The notes under the pieces were generated by a model. The model was not told the DNA's origin, searched no databases, and saw nothing but the letters and a program-made list of their open reading frames with translations. Below, piece after piece: positions 59,825-64,000 of a DNA stretch of 64,000 nt. Source of the stretch: Trueperaceae bacterium. GTDB lineage: Bacteria > Deinococcota > Deinococci > Deinococcales > Trueperaceae. Within the stretch, counting starts at the first letter, position 1; the number at the start of each line of letters is the position of its first letter. The translations under genes and the position numbers were made by a program. The stretch covers positions 1,408,001 to 1,472,000 of the forward strand of contig OZ243927.1 of the NCBI GenBank assembly GCA_965213925.1, read 5' to 3'.

Positions 59825-60475
59825 ATGCGTATCAAGATTTGCGGTATTACCAGAGTTGAGGATGCTTTAGCAGCAGAAGAAGCGGGCGCGGACGCGGTTG
59901 GGCTCATCTTTGCGGAGAGGTCTAAACGCCGCATCACGCTAGGGCAAGCCGCTGAGATCAGTGAGGCGTTAGGTCCGTTTGTGGCTCGAGTCGGCGTTTT
60001 CGTCAACGCACCCATAGAAGAGGTCTTTGAAGCCGCGCGAACGCTCCGGTTGAGCGCGGTGCAACTCCACGGACAAGAGAGCGCTGAATACGCGGCGGAG
60101 CTTCGTCCACATGTCCAAGTGATTCGAGCCGTTTCATTTCACGCCGAACTTGACGTGAAGAGGCTAAAGGACTTTCCAGCAGATGCGTTTTTAGTTGACG
60201 GGCTTAAACCGGGGAGCGGCGAGCGTTTCGATTGGGGGCAAGCGAAGCGCTTGCAGACCTTACCCCGCTTTATCTTGGCGGGCGGCTTGTCACCTGAAAA
60301 CGTAGCGGAGGCGGTGCAGACCTTGAACCCTTACACGGTAGATGTCGCGTCGGGGGTGGAGGTGAGCCCCGGCATCAAGGAAAAACGCAAGATACAAGAT
60401 TTTGTACGCCAAGCGCGGCGAGCTGCCAGCGCAAAAGGTTATACACAAGGTTATTCACAGTTATCCACAGGTTAG
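59825..60475 (+). CDS. trpF: Phosphoribosylanthranilate isomerase
   Basis: MRIKICGIT, VQLHGQE, GSG..FDW, LAGGL.PENV, DVASGVE. Confidence 0.95.
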   Translation: MRIKICGITRVEDALAAEEAGADAVGLIFAERSKRRITLGQAAEISEALGPFVARVGVFVNAPIEEVFEAARTLRLSAVQLHGQESAEYAAELRPHVQVIRAVSFHAELDVKRLKDFPADAFLVDGLKPGSGERFDWGQAKRLQTLPRFILAGGLSPENVAEAVQTLNPYTVDVASGVEVSPGIKEKRKIQDFVRQARRAASAKGYTQGYSQLSTG

Positions 60476-60655
60476 CCGCAGCCTGTGGATAACGCATGAA
60501 GCCCCACGACGACGCAAAAACTCGACCTCAAAAGGCAGAAACGCTGTCTGTGACGCGATTTCTCGTTTTGTAAAGAATTTACGTTCGCCTAGCAGATTTG
60601 TCACCCCTTTGTCAAGCACAAAAGTTATCCACAGGTTTACGCGGACTTATCCACA
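60439..60655. promoter_or_regulatory. Cluster of six DnaA boxes
   Basis: TTATACACA 60439, TTATTCACA 60451, TTATCCACA 60461, TGTGGATAA 60484, TTATCCACA 60625, TTATCCACA 60647. Confidence 0.85.
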
Positions 60656-60767
60656 GGGTTTGGCGTACACTTAGGCACAATATGGAGGCGAAACGTGACG
60701 CAACAGTGGGATTTTTGGCGTGTTAGGCAGATTTGGAATGCGAAGTATTTACGGATAGAAGACACAG

Positions 60768-60938
60768 TTTGTCACCCTGTTCACGCGAGTAGGGCGTTAG
60801 CTTTGCAAAGGACCTTTAAGAAAGCAATGAGTGAAAACCAAAAGACTTTTATTCATTGCTTGTTGCTCATTGCTCGCTACTTCCTAAAAATTCGCTCCGT
60901 TCAGAATGGCGTGATTCAGTTGTTACTTAACGATGTTC
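60768..60938 (+). mobile_element. MITE-like element copy E (left end missing, heptamer array inside)
   Basis: GTCACCCTGTTCACG start; CAGAATGGC..CTTAACGATGTTC end; then TCA shared with copy F. Confidence 0.6.
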
Positions 60939-60941
60939 TCA

Positions 60942-61145
60942 GTACACCGTCAACTAAATTCTGCGACGCCGTTGTCACCCCGAGCGAAGTCGAGGGGTCT
61001 CGCCTTGCAGTCTCAGTCAGAGGAGAAGGCAAGTTCAGAGATTCTTCGACTCCGCTTTGCTCCGCAAGGCTTAACGCGTCACTTCGTTCCCGCTGGCGAC
61101 TTCGTGAACAGAATGACACAACTCATTTTTTATCTAACGATGTAC
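60942..61145 (+). mobile_element. MITE-like element copy F
   Basis: Ends GTACACCGTCAAC ... TCTAACGATGTAC; flanks TCA/TTA. Confidence 0.8.
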
Positions 61146-61157
61146 TTAGGGGTTGCC

Positions 61158-62828
61158 GTGGATAAGCTCGAGTCCGACCTCTCCTTAGAAGCGCGCCGCA
61201 ACGACCCCTTTCACGCGCAGAAAAAATCGTGGGCGGAGCACGCCGAGGCGTTAGAAAGAGAGCGTGAGCGCGTCGCTAAAGGCGGCGGCGAAAAAGCCAT
61301 CAAGCGCCAGCACGGTAAGAACCGGCTGACGGCGAGAGAGCGTATCGCTAAACTGATTGATGAGGGTACGCCGTTCGATGAGCTGATGACCTTCGCAGGC
61401 GACGGATTATATGAAGAGGTCGGCGGTGCACCGTCGGGCGGGACGGTCGCGGGCATCGGCAAGGTGGCGGGGCGCGACTGGATGGTCATAGCGAACGACG
61501 CCACGGTCAAAGCGGGCGCGTTCTTTCCGATTACGGCGAAAAAAGTGATTCGGGCGCAGACGATTGCCTTGGAAAATCACCTCCCCACTATCTATCTCGT
61601 GGACTCGGCGGGTGTCTATTTGCCCATGCAAGACGAGATTTTCCCCGACCAAGACGACTTCGGGCGCGTCTTCTACCTCAACGCGCGGATGAGCGCGTTA
61701 GGCATCCCGCAGATGGCGGCGATCATGGGCAACTGCGTGGCGGGCGGTGCGTACTTGCCTGTTATGTGTGACACGCTCATTATGACGGAGGGCTCGGGGC
61801 TCTACTTGGCGGGTCCGGCTCTGGTCAAAGCCGCCATCGGGCAAGAGGTCAGCAGCGAGGACTTGGGCGGCGCGGCGATGCACGCGGAGGTCGCGGGAAC
61901 CGTGGACTATTTTGAACCGGACGACGAGAGCGCCTTAAAGAGGTTGCGCAGCTTGGCCGGAACCTACGCGCCCGCTGAGTTAGCGCCCTGGGCGGAGGAT
62001 AGGGGAGAGGTCAAAGAACCCAAGCTCAAGTCGCAAGACCTCTTGGGCGTTGTGCCCCCCGAGGGTGGTAAGCGCCCCTACGAAGTGCGCGAGGTGATCG
62101 GGCGGCTGGTGGACGGCTCTACGTTCGACGAGTACAAAGCGAAGTACGGCAAAACTATCGTCTGCGGCACGGCGCGTTTGGGTGGCTACGCGGTGGGCAT
62201 CGTGGCGAACCAGAAGACAGCCGTCAAATCGAAGGGGAAGCTCCAAGTCGGCGGCGTCATCTACGGCGACGCGGCGGACAAGGCGGCGCGCTTTATCCTC
62301 AACTGCAACCAGATGGGGATTCCCTTAATTTTTCTCCACGACGTGAACGGCTTTATGGTCGGACGTGAGAGCGAGCATGAGGGCATCATCCGACGCGGCG
62401 CGAAGATGGTCAACGCGGTTTCGAACAGCGTCGTGCCGCGTATCAGCGTCATCCTGGGCGGCTCGTACGGCGCGGGGCACTACGCGATGAGCGGCAAGGC
62501 GTACGCGCCGCGCTTTATCTTCGCGTGGCCGAGCGCCAAGTACAGCGTGATGGGCGGGCAGCAAGCCGCGAAGACCATTCTGGATATCCAAGCGGCGCAG
62601 CTTAAGCGTGCAGGCAAAGAGCCCGACGACGAAGAGATAGCTGCCTTATATGAGCAGATTCGCGGCGACTACGAACGCGCCCTGGATATCCGCTACGCGG
62701 CGGCGCGGCTCTGGGTGGATGAGGTGATTTTGCCGCTCGAGACCCGTGACCGCCTCATCCGCGCTTTAGACGCTTGTGCGCAAAATGCGGAGATGGAGGA
62801 ATTGAAAGTCGGTGTGTTTCAAGTATGA
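61158..62828 (+). CDS. Acyl-CoA (methylcrotonyl-CoA-like) carboxylase carboxyltransferase subunit
   Basis: RLTARERI, ANDATVKAG, LVDSAG, GNCVAGGAY, GGSYGAG; probable GTG start at 61158. Confidence 0.93.
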   Translation: MDKLESDLSLEARRNDPFHAQKKSWAEHAEALERERERVAKGGGEKAIKRQHGKNRLTARERIAKLIDEGTPFDELMTFAGDGLYEEVGGAPSGGTVAGIGKVAGRDWMVIANDATVKAGAFFPITAKKVIRAQTIALENHLPTIYLVDSAGVYLPMQDEIFPDQDDFGRVFYLNARMSALGIPQMAAIMGNCVAGGAYLPVMCDTLIMTEGSGLYLAGPALVKAAIGQEVSSEDLGGAAMHAEVAGTVDYFEPDDESALKRLRSLAGTYAPAELAPWAEDRGEVKEPKLKSQDLLGVVPPEGGKRPYEVREVIGRLVDGSTFDEYKAKYGKTIVCGTARLGGYAVGIVANQKTAVKSKGKLQVGGVIYGDAADKAARFILNCNQMGIPLIFLHDVNGFMVGRESEHEGIIRRGAKMVNAVSNSVVPRISVILGGSYGAGHYAMSGKAYAPRFIFAWPSAKYSVMGGQQAAKTILDIQAAQLKRAGKEPDDEEIAALYEQIRGDYERALDIRYAAARLWVDEVILPLETRDRLIRALDACAQNAEMEELKVGVFQV

Positions 62829-62893
62829 AGGACTGAGGTCAAAGGACTGAGGACTGAGAGAAAAGAGGGTTTTACTCAGTCCTCAGTCCTTTC
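62828..62893. repeat. Heptamer (GACTGAG) inverted-repeat array
   Basis: AAGGACTGAGG..AAGGACTGAGGACTGAG ... CTCAGTCCTCAGTCCTTT. Confidence 0.7.
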
Positions 62894-62978
62894 ATCTTTC
62901 CTCTTTGACATCCGAGTTGCAGGCCCATGTATTCGAGCACTCCGCGCATTTCCTCCCCTCACCTGTCATACTGTATCT

Positions 62979-63608
62979 ATGAACAACTCACCGTCTGAGT
63001 CAGTGCCCCGCCTCGTCGTCGTGGCGGCGTCGGCAGGGGGGCTCGTGGCGTTAGAGACGTTCCTCTCACACTTGCCCAAAAGCTTTCCCGCGCCGCTCGT
63101 CATCGTCTTGCACCTCTCGCCCGACCACCGCAGCATGATGGCGGAGGTTTTAGGGCGCTATACCGATATGCGGGTGAAGCAAGTCGAAGAGGGCGACACT
63201 TTAAGGGCGGGGACGGTCTACTGTGCGCCGCCGGACTTTCACGTGTTGGTGACGGACGAGCGGAAACTCACGCTGACGCACACAGTTCAAGTTCAATACG
63301 TGCGCCCCTCGGCGGACGCGCTCTTCGAGTCGGCGGCGCAGGTTTACGGCGCGGGCGTCGTGGCGGTGGTGCTCTCGGGTACGGGGCGCGACGGCAAAAA
63401 TGGCGTCGAAGTCGTCAAGGAGCGGGGCGGCGTCACCCTGGCGCAAGACGAGGCGAGTGCGCAGCATTTTGGGATGCCCAAAGCGTCGATTGAGACGGGC
63501 GTGGTGGACTTCGTGCTGCCGTTAGAGGAGCTTGCGACGAAGGTGCTCGAGCTGACCTCCTCCAACCCCGAACCCGACACCAAACGCACAGTTGAGGAGA
63601 CCCCGTGA
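62979..63608 (+). CDS. cheB: CheB-like methylesterase without a receiver domain
   Basis: ASAGG, VLH, RPSAD.LF.S, LSGTGRDG, FGMP. Confidence 0.92.
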   Translation: MNNSPSESVPRLVVVAASAGGLVALETFLSHLPKSFPAPLVIVLHLSPDHRSMMAEVLGRYTDMRVKQVEEGDTLRAGTVYCAPPDFHVLVTDERKLTLTHTVQVQYVRPSADALFESAAQVYGAGVVAVVLSGTGRDGKNGVEVVKERGGVTLAQDEASAQHFGMPKASIETGVVDFVLPLEELATKVLELTSSNPEPDTKRTVEETP

Positions 63609-64000
63609 GCGCCCCCGACGGTTCAACCAATAGCTTAGAGACCCTTGAGGTTCAAGATAGGGCAGCGTTCGAGGATTTGCTCGAGTACTTAAACGTAAAG
63701 CGCAGCATCGACTTCACGGGCTACAAGCGCACCTCTTTGATGCGGCGCTTCGGGCGGCGGATGCAGGTGGTCGGCACCGAATCCTACAGCGACTACCTCG
63801 ACTACTTGGAGGTCCACCCCGAAGAGTTCGATCTCTTGTTCAACACCGTTTTAATCAACGTGACCTCGTTTTTTCGCGATGAGGCGGCGTGGCGTGCGCT
63901 CGCGGAAGAGGTCGTCGCGCCTTTGGTGGAGCGGAAGGCAGGTGAGCCCATTCGCGCCTGGAGCGCGGGCTGCGCGACGGGCGAAGAGGCGTACTCGCTC
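63605..64000 (+). CDS. cheR: CheR-type methyltransferase, runs off the right edge
   Basis: Read manually from GTG 63605: DFTGYKRTSLMRR, LINVTSFFRD, WSAGCATGEEAYS. Confidence 0.9.
   Translation, partial: MSAPDGSTNSLETLEVQDRAAFEDLLEYLNVKRSIDFTGYKRTSLMRRFGRRMQVVGTESYSDYLDYLEVHPEEFDLLFNTVLINVTSFFRDEAAWRALAEEVVAPLVERKAGEPIRAWSAGCATGEEAYSL

Noticed and set aside
60402..61165. ORFs 60402..60674, 60695..61165 and the 5' extension of 60933..62828
   Set aside because: They are translations of DnaA boxes (VIHK/VIHR) and MITE sequence; carboxyltransferase similarity begins near 61158, although a MITE-derived in-frame ATG at 61113 cannot be excluded.

Overview
GC-rich bacterial chromosomal segment, most likely Deinococcota (Truepera-like). 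This is inferred from a V/A-type ATP synthase operon, futalosine-pathway mqnD, the rplU-rpmA-obg-nadD-yqeK-LCP-rsfS gene order and several apparently leaderless genes. 1-17 kb is a cell-envelope glycosylation cluster: asnB-like amidotransferase, Wzx flippase, two GT-C-like membrane proteins, arylsulfate sulfotransferase, YbhN-like flippase, GT2 and a divergent pair of paralogous lipoproteins. 17-29 kb holds an ISAs1 remnant, minC, penicillin acylase, a cyclase, alkaline phosphatase, a DUF3299/ABC metal-transport-like module interrupted by an AT-rich gene, and a frameshifted CsgG-like gene. 29-38 kb is the complete V/A-ATPase operon. 38-64 kb carries lutABC, an HNH nuclease, a fasciclin/P-domain/choice-of-anchor-B lipoprotein, stress genes, ribosomal genes, tRNA-Ala, ppx, trpF, a carboxyltransferase and cheB/cheR. 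The most notable unexplained structure: (1) a nested MITE-like family with 3-bp TNA flanks and covarying GNA-triloop hairpins (6-7 copies); (2) a perfect 4x 11-bp-period TGTCA (Pho-box-like) array inside the glycosylation cluster; (3) an xTGG repeat shared by unrelated exported proteins; (4) a six-box DnaA cluster with no dnaA nearby; (5) a probable ATA start codon for rsfS overlapped by a uORF stop. No CRISPR array or intact transposase was seen. All product calls come from motif recognition by eye; no database searches were run.
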